This document shows positions 21,401 through 37,895 of a stretch of 64,000 bases of DNA, one piece after another (within the stretch, counting starts at the first letter, position 1; each line of letters starts with the position of its first letter). The position numbers were made by a program, and so were the translations under genes. Origin of the DNA: the human T2T-CHM13v2.0 reference genome, Homo sapiens; assembly GCA_009914755.4 (NCBI GenBank), contig CP086569.2:20192001-20256000 (forward strand). Direction: 5' to 3'. A model generated the notes under the pieces. The model was not told the origin of the DNA, did no database searches, and saw only the letters and a program-made list of their open reading frames with translations.

Positions 21401-24400
21401 TTTTTTTAATTCTAGCCCTCAATGCCTCAAGATAGCCTTCTTTGGGTTGAAACTGCTTTGTGTTCCACAACTTTCTTATACTTGGGTGTTGATACCTTTC
21501 TCTAGGCCTTGGATGTTCTCTGTTATCACTTGGAATAACTCATAACCCCTTTTTCTATATCTTCCTTAATGCCAGTATCTCTTAGAATAGCCTTTTTGAG
21601 GTTATTTTTAAAATATATTTTTGGCATGCTTTATTTTTTATTTTATTGACTTATCTGTGTATTTTGAATTAGCCTGTTTTCAAGCTCACTTCCTTTTCCT
21701 TCTGTTTGATCAATTAATCTGTAAAAAAACTCGATGCATTTTTAAGATATCAATTGCATTTTTTAGCTTCAGAATTTTGACTTGATTTTTAAAAACATTT
21801 TAATGTCTGTTAAATTTATCTGATGAAATTTTGATATTCCTCTCTGTGTTATCATAAATTTCTTTGAGTTTCCTTAACACTTTTTTTTTTTTTAATTTTC
21901 TGTCTGAAAAGCCACATGTCTTTGTTTCTCCAGGATTGGTTTCTAGTAGTTTAGTTGGTTAATTTGTTTAGAACATGTTTTCCTAGGTGGTATGGATTCT
22001 AGTAGACGTTCTTCAGCTTCTGGATATTGATGAACTAAGTATCTTGTGTAGTCTTTACTCTCTAGATTTACTCATAGCCATTATCCTGTGGACACATCAG
22101 ATATTTGAAAGACTTTGGGTGTTACTATCCAAACTGAATCTGCTTTATGGGACACCCCAATCTCAGTAACAGTGTTGTTCTTGTAGCCTTATAGAGATAC
22201 TTTTCTGATGGTCTTCAAAAAGATCTGAAATAATTCTCTGGACTGAAGAGACTCTTATTTCTCTCTTACTTTCTCCCAAATGTAAGAATCTTCCTCTCTG
22301 TTATGAGCCACCTATAGCTGGGGGTTGAGTCACACAGTAACCCCTGTGGCCACCATAACTATGACTACACTGTTTCAGACCTTCAATCATCACAATGCTG
22401 GATCTCAGCCATGGTCTGCTATAATCTCTTTCTGTCTATTGCCTATATTCACTCAAGGGCTCAGGGCTTTATTAGCATCAGGTGTCAAAGAATCCAGGCC
22501 CATTCATTTAGGGTAGCAAGATTTCCCAAGCCCCAGATGGGTTCAGAAGTGCCATCAGCAATTAGGGACTAGTGTCATAAAACGTAGATGTCTACTTTGT
22601 TTTTTATTGTATTGTGGCTGAGCCAGCATGCAAACCACATAATGCAGTCTTTCCCTCTCTTTCCTCTTCTTTACAAAGGGAGAGAAACCTCACCCTGTAG
22701 TCAGCACCAAACCAGACCAAGACGTGTACTGCCTGACTACTGCTGATGTTATATGAAGGCCCAAGGTTCCTTAAGGCAGTTTGTTACAAATACTACCTGG
22801 TCTGGAACTCACCTTTCAGGGAAGCTGGGTTCTGTCTAGCTCAACGCAGGTTCAGCAATATCATTGTTAAGTAAAATCCTGTAACTGGGGACCTTGATTT
22901 TCTTCTTGGTGCTCTACACTACTGTGGCTCTGCTGCTACTTAAGTTTCAAGTCAAAGTTTCCCTTACTTTTTTCCTCTGCTTTTCTAAAGCAGGAGTTTT
23001 AGCCACATAGACACAACAGCTGGTTACTTGAAGAGGATCACAGAAAGACAAAAATTCTGTTTTATCCAGCTTCTCGATCTTGTAACAGGGCATTGCTGCT
23101 GCTTATTCAGAGCCCATGGGGTTGTGGTCCTGTAAATTTCAGGTGGTATAGGTGATTCATGACATTCTTTAAAATCTCTGTATGGCCTTTTTTTCAGTGA
23201 TATGAAATTACACTAGGCACTTTTGGCGCTCATTTATTTTTGTTTCTTATGAATGGGCAGATAGTTGTCAACCTTGTGTTTTTGCAGTGGAGGGATTATC
23301 AATGGACCATTCTATTCTGCCAGCTTAATCTGCCCTTCCCATTTAATTTCTTTTGAGTGTGTAGCAGCCAATGTGATTGCTGAGTTTATTGATAGTTTTG
23401 TTTTCAGTTACTTGAGAAATCTTTAGACTACTTTCTTAGTAGCTGCCTTAATTTCCACTTCCACCATCAGTGCCTGTTTTATTATTACTGTCAGAATATT
23501 TGTTATCTTCTAATATTTTTCTGATTTTTCGATAGTAGCCATTCTAATTCGTGTGAGGTGGTATCTAATTTTGGTTTTTATATTTCTTATAGACACCACA
23601 AAAACCAGATATTCAGGTAGCCAGAGTGGATCCTTCCCTCCAAGTGCCTCCAAGTGAGCACACTACCTCCCCAGAAATGGTAAACTGGTTTAAATTTTCT
23701 GAAATGGCACATGTATAATTAACTATCTGAGTGTCAAATAAGCTACTTGAGATTAAGAAAAATTTTAACATTTAATCCAAGAATTTCAAGTCATATGATA
23801 AAATAATTCTTAGGCAGAAAGATAAAGATTCCATTTTAAGAAAGATCCAAATTGAGCTCATTGAGACAAAAATGTACAAGCATCACATAATACAATCAGA
23901 GTTAATAACAAGATAAAAGACTAAGCTAAGCAAATAATTTCAGAGCAGGTAATTCAAATCAGTAAAATTTGACAAAAATTAAAATGGAAACACATCAGGA
24001 AATGAAAACTTCTTATTAATGAGGGATTATGTACAACAATGAAATCCATGACTTACAAACATAGTTGTTCTCAACATAACAATTATGCATTATCTATCAA
24101 TGACATTAAGTAAAGACTATGTAAAAAAATTTCAAAATCTCCCAGAGCTACTTCTCAATTCTATAGTGAAATAAATTCTTTCTTTATACTCTGATAGATA
24201 CCACTGTGAGTTTAATAAAGGGTTATCAACAAATAAAAAACCAACAAAGATGTATCATGAAAAAAATACGATGAACAGATATGCTTTCTTTCAGCTACCT
24301 GACAGTTTCTGTAAGCAAATATTTGGTAGGTGCCTCACTTCAAAATTATGTTGCCTTAAAAATGTAAGAAGATTTCTTTGTTGTTGTAGCTGGAGACAAT

Positions 24401-26236
24401 TAGGTAACACAAATTGTCACCCTACATAACAGGGAAAATACACCTAAACTTTGTGGGAGATGCGTTCTTGTAAATTCCTCTTAATTTAAAACTTATTGTA
24501 GTTTATCTGAAAAATATGTATATTCAAATAATTTCCTATAATTAACTACTGGTAAAATGAATTAATTTTTTTCTTTTTAATCTTAATAATGTGTTGCCAG
24601 AGTTGTGTATTCTAATTTGTAACTTATTTAATGATAAAATTATTTTCCTGATACACTATTATTTGAGAGACATTTTTGAATCAGTGGGAGGTTATAACAA
24701 AAATTTATCTTACCAATGGTAGCCTAACTTCAGAAATAACTGCTTTCTGCATACAAGTTTTAGTCTGTTCTCACACTGCTTACAAAGACATACCTGAGAT
24801 TGGGTAATTTATAAAAAAAAAAAAAATTTAATGGACTCACAGTTTTACTTGGTCAGAGAGAACTCACAATTATGGCAGAAGGTGAAAGGCATGTATTACT
24901 TGGTGGTGGGCAAGAGAGAATAAGTGCCAAGCAAAAAGAAAAATCCATTATAAAACCATCAGATGTCATGAGACTTATTCACTACCATGAAAACTGTATG
25001 GGGAAATCGCCCTCATGATTCAGTTGTCTCCCACCAGGAACCTCCCATAACGCATGGGAATTGTGGGAGCTAAAGCTGAAGCTGAGATTTGGGTGGAGAC
25101 AAAGCCAAAGCATATTGTTTCAGCCCCGGCTCCTCCCAAATCTCATGTCTTCACTTACAAAACAAATCATGTCTTAACTTATTTCAGGATTAACTCAAAA
25201 GTCCACAGTCGACAAATTTTCATATGAGACAAGGACAGTCTCTTCCACTATGCACCTGTAAAATCAAAAGCAAGACAGCTACTTCCTAGACAAACTGGTG
25301 GTACAAAAAGTAGATAAATACAACTATTTCAAATGAAAGAAATTGGGAAAAACAAAGGAACTACTGTATACATACAAGTTCAAAATCCAGCAAGGCAGTG
25401 AAATCTTATAGTTTCAATATGATTTCCTTTGAGTCCATGTCTCAATTTCAAGGCATTCCAATGCAAGAGGCCAATTTCCATGGTTTGGGGCAACTCTGCC
25501 CTCATGGCTTTGCAGGATACAGCCTCCAGCCCAGCTGCTTTCATAGGCTGCCATTAAGTATCTGTGGATTATCTTGGCACATGGTGCAAAATGTTGGTGG
25601 GTTTACCATTCCGGAGTAGGGAGAATGGTGACCCTTTTTCCACAGCTCCATTAGGCTGTGTCCCAGTGGGGACTGTGTGTGCTGAGGGCTTCAAGTCCAC
25701 ATTTCCTGTGTGTACTGTCCTAGCAGAGGCTGTCAGTGAGGGCTTTTCCCTGCATCAAACGTCTTCCTGGGCATCCAAGCATTTCTATTTATCGTTTAAA
25801 ATCTAGGCAGAGTATCCCAAACCTCAATTATTGACTCCTCTGCCCAATACCACATGGAAGATGCCAAGGCTTGGAGGTTGAACCCTCTAAAGCAAGAGTC
25901 TGGGCTACATCATAGCCCCTTTTATTGATGGATAGAGTGGCTGAGATGCAGGGAACTGTGTACCTAGGCTACACAGAGCAAGGAAGTACTGCATCTTGCC
26001 CACAACCTTATTTCTTCCTCCTAGGCCTCAAGGCCTGTGATGCAAGTAGCTGGCATAAAGACTTCTGCTACGCCATGACCTGGAGACATTTTTTTGAATT
26101 GTCTTGGTGATTAATATTTGGATCTTCATTACTTATGCAAATTTCTGCAGCTGGCTTAAACTCCTTCTCAGAAATTTTTTTTCTTTTTTTTATAGTCAAA
26201 AATTTTAATGAAGGAATTGGAGCAATTCAGTGGAGA

Positions 26237-29197
<2,961 letters not shown>

Positions 29198-29599
29198 TTT
29201 TCTATTGCATCATCAGGCTGAAAATTTTCCAAATTTGTATGTTCTGTTTTATTTTAAAAGGGAATTTAACAACACCCAAGTCACAGTTTGAATTAACTGC
29301 TGCTTAGACATTTTTTTCAGCCAGATATTCTAAATCATCTTTCTCAAGTTCAAAATTCCAAAAATTGCTAGGGCAGAGGCAAAATGCCACCAATCTTTTT
29401 GCTAAAATATAACAACAGTCATTTTTACCTGATTTCTCAAAAAGTTCCTCATCACCATCTGAGGCCACCACAGCCTTGATTTTACAGTCCATATCATTAT
29501 AAATATTTTGGTCAAGCCATAAACAAGTCTCTAGGAATTTCCAAATTTTTGCACATCATGTCTTCTGAGCCCTCAAAGTATTTAGGGAGTTCCAAACTT

Positions 29600-29838
29600 T
29601 TTCACATTTTCTTATCCTTCTCCTCCTCCTCCTTTCCTCCTCATCATCATTCTTCTGCTGCTGCTGCTTCTTCTACTGCTTCTACTTCTGCTTCTTCTGC
29701 TTATTCTTCTCCTCCTCCTGCTTCTCCTTCTTATTCCTCTTTTCCTTCCTCTTCCTCCCCTTCTTCTTTTTCTTCTTCCTATTCCTCTCCTTCCTCTTCC
29801 TCTCCTCCTCCTCCTCTTTCTTTCTCCTCCTCCTCCTT

Positions 29839-29869
<31 letters not shown>

Positions 29870-29935
29870 TTCTTATTCTTATTCTTATTCTTATTCTTAT
29901 TCTTATTCTTCATCATTGTCATCATTGTCATCTTC
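29600..29935 (+). repeat. Polypyrimidine low-complexity tract, (CCT)n/(CTT)n/(CTG)n mix then (ATTCTT)n
   Basis: ctcctcctcctttcctcctcatcatcattcttctgctgctgctgcttc...cttcttcttcttcttcttattcttattcttattc; produces ORF 29549..30139 (poly-S/P). Confidence 0.85.
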
Positions 29936-30111
29936 CCCCAAACTATTGCAACTTTGGACTCTTACCCATTTCCAAAGTCACATTTACTTTTTAGTTACCT
30001 TTACAAAGCAGCACTTCAATACTTGTACCAATTTACCATATTAATGTCTGTTCTCAAACTGCTGATACACACTTACCCAGAACAGGGTGATTTATATAAA
30101 GAAAGAGGTTT

Positions 30112-30399
30112 GGCCTGGCATGCTGGGTCACACCTGTAATTCCATCACTTTGGGTGGTCGAGGTGGGCAGGTCATGAGGTCAAGAGATCAAGACCATCCT
30201 GGCTAACACGGCAAAACCCGTCTCTACTAAAAATATAAAAAATTAGCCAGGTGTGGTGGTGGGTGCCTGTAGTCCCAGCTACTTGGGAGGCTGAGGCAGG
30301 AGAATGGTGTGAACCCAGGAGGCAGAGCTTGCAGTGAGCTGAGATCATGCCATGCACTCCAGCCTTTGGACAGAGCAAGACTCCACCTCAAAAGAAAGT

Positions 30400-30431
<32 letters not shown>

Positions 30432-30449
30432 AAGAGAGAAAGAGAGAAA

Positions 30450-30521
<72 letters not shown>

Positions 30522-30527
30522 GAAAGA
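30112..30527 (+). mobile_element. Alu (AluS/Y-like, 30112-30388) with a (GAAA)n-expanded tail (30389-30527), inserted into the THE1-type 5'LTR
   Basis: ggcctggcatgctgggtcacacctgtaattcc...gcagtgagctgagatcatgccatgcactccagcctttggacagagcaagactccacctcaaaa followed by (gaaa)n. Flanking target-site duplication agaaagaggttt / agaaagaagttt. Confidence 0.9.
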
Positions 30528-32146
30528 AGTTTATGGAACTCACAGCTTTCCATGGCTGGGAAGTCCTCACAATCTTGGTAGAAGGAAAAAGGCAGTTCTT
30601 ACATGGCAGCAGTCAATAGATAAAGGGAACCAAGTGTAAAAGCTTTTTTTCTTATAATACCATCAGATATAGTGAAACTTATTCACTACCACAAGAACAG
30701 TATGGGGACAACCACCCCCCTGATTCAATTATCCTTTGTTGGGTCCCTCCAAAATCACAAGGAAATTTAGGAGCTACAATTCAAGATGAGATTTGGGTGG
30801 GGACATATCCAAACCATATCAATGAACAAAAGCTTTGGTTGAGGTGAAATCTCCTGTAAGAGATACATTGATCTAGAACTACAAGGTATCAAAAAATAGA
30901 AAAATATGACATCAGCTACACTGTATTCCTTGCAATACTAAATGATAGATTTCTCAAATCTATAACATTTGATTGTCACTTTATCTGCAGACAGAAATTT
31001 TAACCAGAAAAACTAAGTAAAATGATATTAGATAGACTGATTTCAACCTAATAGTATTGTGTCTTTATGAGTACAAAAGAATAAAACTCAGTGGGAGGGG
31101 CTGAGATGACCAAATAGAAATGTCTTCAATCTGCAGCTCCCATTAAGAGAAAGGTAAACAGTGAGTGAATTCTTCATTTTCAGCTGTAGTACATAGATTC
31201 TTTCATTGGGACTGACTAGACATTGTGAGAAATCCAGAGAGAGCAAGGAAAAGCTGAGTGGGTGACAGTCCATCCAGAAGCTGCACGGGACAAAAGGACT
31301 CCCTCTCTTAAACAAAGGAGGTCATGAGGGATTGTGCTATCCACCCGGGAAACTATGTATTTTCCACAGACTTTGCAATCCATGGATTAGGAGATTCCCT
31401 TCTCGGCCCACACCACAAGGGCCTTGGGTCCTCAGCATAAACTTGTGAAGATTCATGGTAGCCACTTAAGTCAGTAGTGACTTGGGGAGCTCCCAAAAGC
31501 ACAGTGAGACAGGAGATCCATACTTCCTTGGAAAGGGGGATAAAGCCAGAAATCCAAGTGGCCTCAGTCACTGGGTCCCATGGAAACTCACTACCTAAGA
31601 TCTGCTGGCTTGGAATGCCCACTGGACAGAAGAGCAGCCTGGATTCTGCCTAATATGACCAAGTTTCTGAGGAGAAAGTTGATAGCCATTACTGTGCTCT
31701 AGTTGGTGGTTTTTCTCTGCAAGTGCTAGAGAATCTGGATGATTTAAACTGGACCGAATTCACCATTGTGCAGCACAGCAGCTGGGGAAAATCAAGGGCA
31801 GACTTTTTCTTTATTTGGAACCCAGATTTATCCTTCTAGAATCAGTTAGTTAACTTGTCTTAGGTAGATAGCAAAAAAGGTCCCCAGAGGGACCCCAGCC
31901 TACAAGTTAGTGCCTCATCCCTACATAACACACAAAGCAGCCTGTTAAAAAAAAAAAAAAAATCAACCCACAGGCACCAATAAAGAAACTAGCACATGTG
32001 TTGAGCCTCAAGACATGCCCACAGCTGCACAGATGAAAGAACATCTTCCCCCTTTGAGTAAAAACTGGAGAAAACCTCCAGATCACTCAGATAAGAGGAC
32101 TAGACCTGACATGGAAATGTCTTTGTCCTTTTATAGTCGACAAGCT

Positions 32147-32580
32147 CCTAGGAAATTGTTTCTCTTCCTTCTGTGGGCATGGGCACAGTGGGCTTTGGTG
32201 GGTTCTGGTGGGCACTTTTATTTTCTTTTTTTGAACTGCTAGCATAGCCTCTATGAATCATTATTACAGCCCCAGATTAGTTGCAGATGAAGATTAGTTG
32301 TAGACCACAAGCTCTCCAAGACAGCCCACAGGCTGAGCTCATTTCTTCCCCTTTCCAGTCCATAAACCCCTCAGAACTGACTTCATATTTGGTGCCTTTT
32401 CTGGGCCTCCCTCTCTGCTGGCAGAGAACTATCTTTTGCTTATTAAACTTTTGCTGCAACCTCATCTTTGTGTCTATATTCCTTAATTATCTTAGAGATA
32501 AGACATAGAACTCTGGATATTATCTCAGACAATCAGAGACACATCTTGGTGCACTGGTGAGACTGCATTATATTTTGGTA
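32147..32580 (+). mobile_element. LTR12-related (ERV9 superfamily) LTR, copy A, preceded by about 1 kb of homologous internal 3'-end sequence (about 31100-32146)
   Basis: Starts cctaggaaattgtttctcttccttctgtgggcatgggcacagtggg, which parallels the LTR12 start tgtagaaaatgaaag...ccacaatgtggacagggacccaagtggg at 35868. Contains ccagattagttg (degenerate CCAAT-box repeats) and tggcagagaactatcttttgcttattaaac (poly-A signal). Collinear with copy B at 37458-37895. Confidence 0.45.
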
Positions 32581-35239
32581 CATTGATGAGGAGGAAAGAA
32601 ATTCATCCAAAATGTGAATAACAGTGGACCTTTAACTTTGCAACTATTTACTTTCATTTCTGAGCTTCTTGTCTATTCGAATCCAGTTTTCTTTCATGGT
32701 GGGCCAACCTGTTGTGCAGGATTGAAAGAAACTCCCAGGGCAACTACAAATTTCTGGCTGAAATTACACCTCAGTGTTATCTGAAGGTCACTGGACTAAC
32801 TCCAGTCCACAATAACTTATCAGCAAAAGGAGCACTAGTCTTTTTCTATCACTTTTTTTTATTCTCATGGCTATCATGCCTCATGTGCCTTCTTTGTATG
32901 CAAAGTTGTGGTTGTTTACGTAACCTAAATATATAATCTTTCTGGGTAGTTAGTCAGTGTCTTAGTAATCAGTAATGGAATTTAAAGAGTTGTTTTTATG
33001 ATTTTTTGGGAAGAGGGGGAGTTCAAGATTTCAGTCTAAATTTCTACTTAATAAGGATGCTTCTATCCCTTAATAATAGATATTCATGGCACCATATGGA
33101 AAGATATTTCACCCCAGGTGATTTGCCTCATCTCTATTTTGGTTTTAATATAGTTGTTCAGCATTGTCCAATGAATTTAAACAGCTCATTTATATGACAA
33201 ATTAATTTTCTTTTGCTGGGGGCAATGCTATGCAGACAGCCTATCAAACTCCAGATGTTTCATTCTAACTTTTGCTTTAAAAAATTCTGGATCAGAGTTT
33301 TACATAACATTTTTAACCCTACGGCTTCATCTAGTGGAATGGGGTTTATTTTCTGAATGGGTATTTTTTCAGTCCTCTTCCCCAAACCTCTAGTTTCTCA
33401 ATTATTTTTTTCTTCCATATTCACCTACCAGTGAAAAGGCCCAATATTCCATATGTAGACAAAAATCCCTCCACTTTCAAAAGCTGAGAGGAAGCCATTC
33501 TGATAAGACAAGTCTTAGCTGAAATACTGTTCCCATCAAAGGAGGGGCAGCCATTTAATTTTTATGCTCTGTGAGCCAGGGGTTCTTCATTCAACTACAT
33601 TGGGATTTAAACAAAAAAGAAATTATATGTTTCAAAGTTAATTAGTTCAATTCTGTGAAATTTTGATTTTTCACTGGAGCCATAGCAAAGGAAACCAGAG
33701 ATGATGTTAGAATACTCCCTCTGTTAATTAGTCTTGGCTAAGTTCTACTACTACATAATCTCTCCCACATCTCTGGGAGTATTTTGGAAGGTTGAGGCCG
33801 AATAGGTCTAGGAATCCAGCAGAGTGGAGAGTTGAGTCTTCTACAGAAGAGCATGACTAGTCCTGCCTACTAACATCTGTAGATCCATGGGTGAAATCAT
33901 GCTTGCATACGTGTGGTGGCACTTATGACCGTTGCTAGGATCCAGTGGAAAGGAGAAAGGGAATGCCCTTTCTCTGGTTCCATCTACCCTGAGTCACACT
34001 AAAAGGAGGAATGATACTAAGGGACACCTTTTCTTTCCCTCTTTTCTTAATGGTAACAAACAATCTGTAATCCTTTCTCCTCTCCTGGCATGCATTCCAA
34101 ATAACTATAACACCTTTAACCCTGAGGCTCTGAAAAGAAAATGACTTTTCTATTGCACAAGGGCCTTGTTACCATCTTGGGGATGAAAAAAAATCTGGCT
34201 TTCTGAGGAAAGCCTTGATTCCTATACTCTTCAACAACCAGATCTTTTCTATTGGTGGGAGGACAAATAAACTGAGATTCCCTAGATACAATCTTTCTTT
34301 GCCCTGTGAAACAACCCAAATCTTGGTAAATGTTGTAAAGTTGACCCTACCCTCTTTGCAGCCAGGTCAGTGAAGCCTACAAAGTATGGTTCCCCAAAAT
34401 CATAGAAAAAAATTCTGTATTTTACAAAACAGACTGGAAGGAGGACCAGGAGAAGGAGAGAAAATATAAGAAGGTAATGGAGGCTCTAGTGGCTGCATTA
34501 TAGGCTTATAAAATCATGAACCCTGAAGTGCATTTATCAATTGTACCAATGTGGCAAAGCAAAACACTCTAAAAGGGATTGACCACAGAGCATGGCGAAG
34601 CCATCTCAACCCTGTCCAGCATTTAATGGAGGCTGCTGGAAGTCAAACTCTCTCCAAACATGTAGGTAACCAGGTCAAGAGCCAGTTTTTCAGATGGTCC
34701 AGCAGGACTGACAGGGCCCTGCGCTCAATTCATCAGCTTCAGTGGCTCAAATTGCCATCACTATCCAGGAGCTTTGGGTATGAGGAAGGAAGATAGGCTT
34801 CCTTCTAGAAACCAGAGCTAGCCTCTCTGTTCTCTTCCCCATTCTAGGCCTTCTCTCCTCCTATAACATGACTATGGTAGGCATCTTGAAAAAGTCTTTA
34901 ACCCAATACATTTTTTACAGCCTTTGTGTTGTACATGGCAGGACTTTCCATCTACTCATGCTTCTTAAATTATGCCTGAAAGTCCCACCTCTTTGCTAGG
35001 AATGGATATTCTAGTCTCTATGGGACCCTCCATTCTTATGGCTCAAGGACAGAGTCTCTATCTTCCCTTAGTGAAAATCAACATTAACCCAGAGGTGTGA
35101 GCAGGTTAGGAAAAGTTGACCAGGCTACAACTGCTATATCATTCCAGATTCACCCTAAGGATTCCACCTTGTTTGCTAACCAGAAGCAGTATCCCCTAAA
35201 GCCAGAAGCTAGGGAAGAACTAGAAACTATCATTAATAA

Positions 35240-35712
<473 letters not shown>

Positions 35713-35867
35713 TATTGGTTTCCAATCCTTATGTGTCCATAGTTTGTTCCTTCCATCGTATTCTTTGTCTCACTGAATTCAAGAATGAAGCCGTGGACCT
35801 TCTCCTTGATTATTACAGCTTTTAAAGTTGGCATGGACCAAAAGAGTGAGAAGCAGCAAGATTTATT

Positions 35868-36245
35868 GTAGAAAATGAAAGAACAAAGATTCCACAATGT
35901 GGACAGGGACCCAAGTGGGTTGCTGCTGCTGGCTAGTGGGTGGCCAGCTTTTATTCCCTTATTTGTCTTTAGCCACGTCCTACTGATTGGTCCATTTTGC
36001 AGAGTGCTGATTGGTACATTTTACAGAGCACTGATTGGTCCATTTTACAGAGTGCTGATTGGTCCATTTTACAAAATTCTAGCTTGCCACAGAGTGCTGA
36101 TTTGTGCGTTTTTAAGAGCATTGATTGGCATAGTTTACAAACCTCTAGCTAGCCACAGAGTGCTCATTGGTGTGTTTTACAATCCACTTGTAAGACAGAA
36201 GAGTTCTCCCAGTCCCCACTCGACCAAGGAAATCCAGCTAGCTTC
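35868..36245 (+). mobile_element. LTR12 (ERV9 LTR) 5' portion: U3 with 5-6 tandem copies of a ~40-bp CCAAT-box (ATTGG) subrepeat
   Basis: tgtagaaaatgaaagaacaaagattccacaatgtggacagggacccaagtgggttgctgctgctggct... followed by repeats of agagtgctgattggtccattttaca / ctagcttgccacagagtgctgatttgtg / ctctagctagccacagagtgctcattggtg, then cccagtccccactcgacc. Confidence 0.75.
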
Positions 36246-36279
36246 ACCTCTCACTAATACTTTGCTAACTCAAATATCT

Positions 36280-36650
36280 GAGACAATTAAGTGGTTCACA
36301 ATTTTAGACTTAAAAATTGACTTTTTTCCTGCATACCACTGCACCCTGACTTTTAATATTCATTTGCCTTGAAAGATTCCTCCAACCAGTCTGACCAGTT
36401 TACATGGGCAGTACTGACTCATGGGTTCTAAGAAAACTCCTCCTTGTTTAGGCAAACATCCAACTAACTCTCTCAGTAATCTAATACTCAGGCTAAAGTT
36501 TTACCGTATGTAGATATCGTTCTCCTCTGTGCCTCATCTCAGGGGGTTTCCAAAAAGGCACTGGGGCTCTTTTTAATTTTCCAGCAGGCAGAGAATAAAA
36601 CGTTTCTAACTGTAAATCACAGCTGTGTCAAGCTTCTGCATGGTACCTAG
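36280..36650 (+). mobile_element. Gamma-like ERV reverse-transcriptase fragment fused directly to the LTR12 piece; 5'LTR remainder, gag and pro are deleted
   Basis: ORF 35875..36372 ends SETIKWFTILDLKIDFFPAYHCTLTF, the RT motif EAEWFTVLDLKDAFFCIPV. Downstream, GFPKRHWGSF..SSRQRIK parallels QGFRDSPHLFGQALAQDL. Confidence 0.55.
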
Positions 36651-37457
36651 GCCTAGCTTTGTCAGAAGGGACCGAAACATTAGTGTGGAGTCAATTAAGT
36701 CTATTTTTCTATTTTTTTCCAAAATCCTTGAACCAGTAACAGAATTTTGGGGAATTACAGGTTTTTCTTAGATTGTGAATAGCTGAGTACATTGAAACAG
36801 CTCACCCTTTATATCACCATTCAAAAGAAACTTAAGCCACTAAAACTCACTCACTGACATGGGAAACTGAGGCTTAAAATGTCTTTAATCAGCTAAGGCA
36901 AGCTTTACTTAAAGTACCTGCCCTCAGTCTTCTGATAAAGAAGTCGTTTAATCTTTATGTCTCAGAAAAAAATTGATAGCCTTGGGAGTTTTAACTGTTT
37001 CCTAAAGTAAGCCCAGCAGCCAGCTGGTTACCTATGCAAGGAGCTCAACTTGGCCGCTAAAGAATTGGCAGCTAGCTGGCAAGCAGTTGCAGTTGTGGAT
37101 TTGCTGATTCCAGAAGTCACTAATGCCCAATCTTCATTTCTGAAGGGGGAATAAAATTAGTTATATAGCTTGTCTTCAGTAGATAGAAAGCAAAGGATCC
37201 CCAGAGACCCTCCAGCCCATAGGTAGGTGCCTCATCTCCACATAAAATAAAAAAAAAAAGATTGGGAAATATCAAGCTACAGGGACCAATAGAAGAACAA
37301 GCACAGGCTGTTGTGCCTGGAGACATGCACATGGCTGCACAGATAAACAAATCTGTGGCCCATTTAGATAAAAACTTTCACACAACTCCAGCTCACTTAG
37401 ATAAGAGAATAAGGCCTGGCATAAAAATGCTTTTTATTTTGTATAGTCAGAAAACGC

Positions 37458-37895
37458 CCTAGAAAATGCTTCTTCTCCCTTTGTGGGCATGGACACAGTG
37501 GGTTCTAGTGGGCACTTTTCTTCTATTTATATGGACTGTGAGTCTAGCCTCTATGAATCATCACTTCAGGCCCTGATTGGTCCTAAGCTGAAGTGCCAGG
37601 TCAAGCTATCTGTGACTTGAATGAATGAATCGTGACTTGAGCCCTGATTGGTCCCGGGCCAATGTGAGTGATGGGTTTCTCAAGGCAGCTGGCAGACTAA
37701 TCACATTTCTTGCTATTTCCAGTCCATAAAAATCCCAGAAGTTAAAACAAAGTTGACAATCTTTCTAAGCCTCCCTCTCTTCTGGCAGAGAGTTTTCTCC
37801 CTTTGCTTATTAAACTATTGCTCAAACCTCAGCATTTTGTACGTGCTCCTTAATTTTCTTGCAGGTCGAAAAAAATAACTCTTTTCTTTTCTCAG
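37458..37895 (+). mobile_element. LTR12-related LTR, copy B; probable 3'LTR of the deleted element that begins at 35868
   Basis: cctagaaaatgcttcttctccctttgtgggcatggacacagtgggttctagtgggcactttt...ccctgattggtcc (x2)...tggcagagagttttctccctttgcttattaaactattgctc; collinear with copy A. Confidence 0.45.

Noticed and set aside
21400-22300. Possible ancient L1 (L1M-type) remnant on the - strand
   Set aside because: Only vague similarity to L1 ORF2 antisense blocks (for example ccttctttgggttgaaactgctttgtg, ttctctaggccttggatgttctctg). It is too diverged to call without a consensus alignment.
29549-30619. ORF 29549..30139(+) (Ser/Pro-rich) and ORFs 30347..30639(+) (KERKKERK repeats)
   Set aside because: They derive from the polypyrimidine simple repeat (29600-29935) and from the Alu-tail (GAAA)n (30389-30527) respectively.
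31088-31150. L1 5'UTR-start-like motif (gctgagatgaccaaatagaaatgtcttcaatctgcagctcccattaagagaaagg, compared with L1 GCCAAGATGGCCGAATAGGAACAGCTCCGGTCTACAGCTCCCAGCGTGAGCGACG)
   Set aside because: The resemblance covers only about 55 nt and the downstream sequence does not resemble any L1 5'UTR I can recall. It may be an old L1PA/L1PB 5' end fragment or part of the ERV-related module at 31100-32146. It is unresolved and not called.
34551-34796. 81-aa ORF MAKQNTLKGIDHRAWRSHLNPVQHLMEAAGSQTLSKH... considered as a possible ERV env fragment or novel small protein
   Set aside because: It has no recognisable env TM motifs (no CKS17-like immunosuppressive domain, no CX6CC), no start context or conservation evidence, and it sits between degenerate ERV pieces. 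It is probably a chance ORF.
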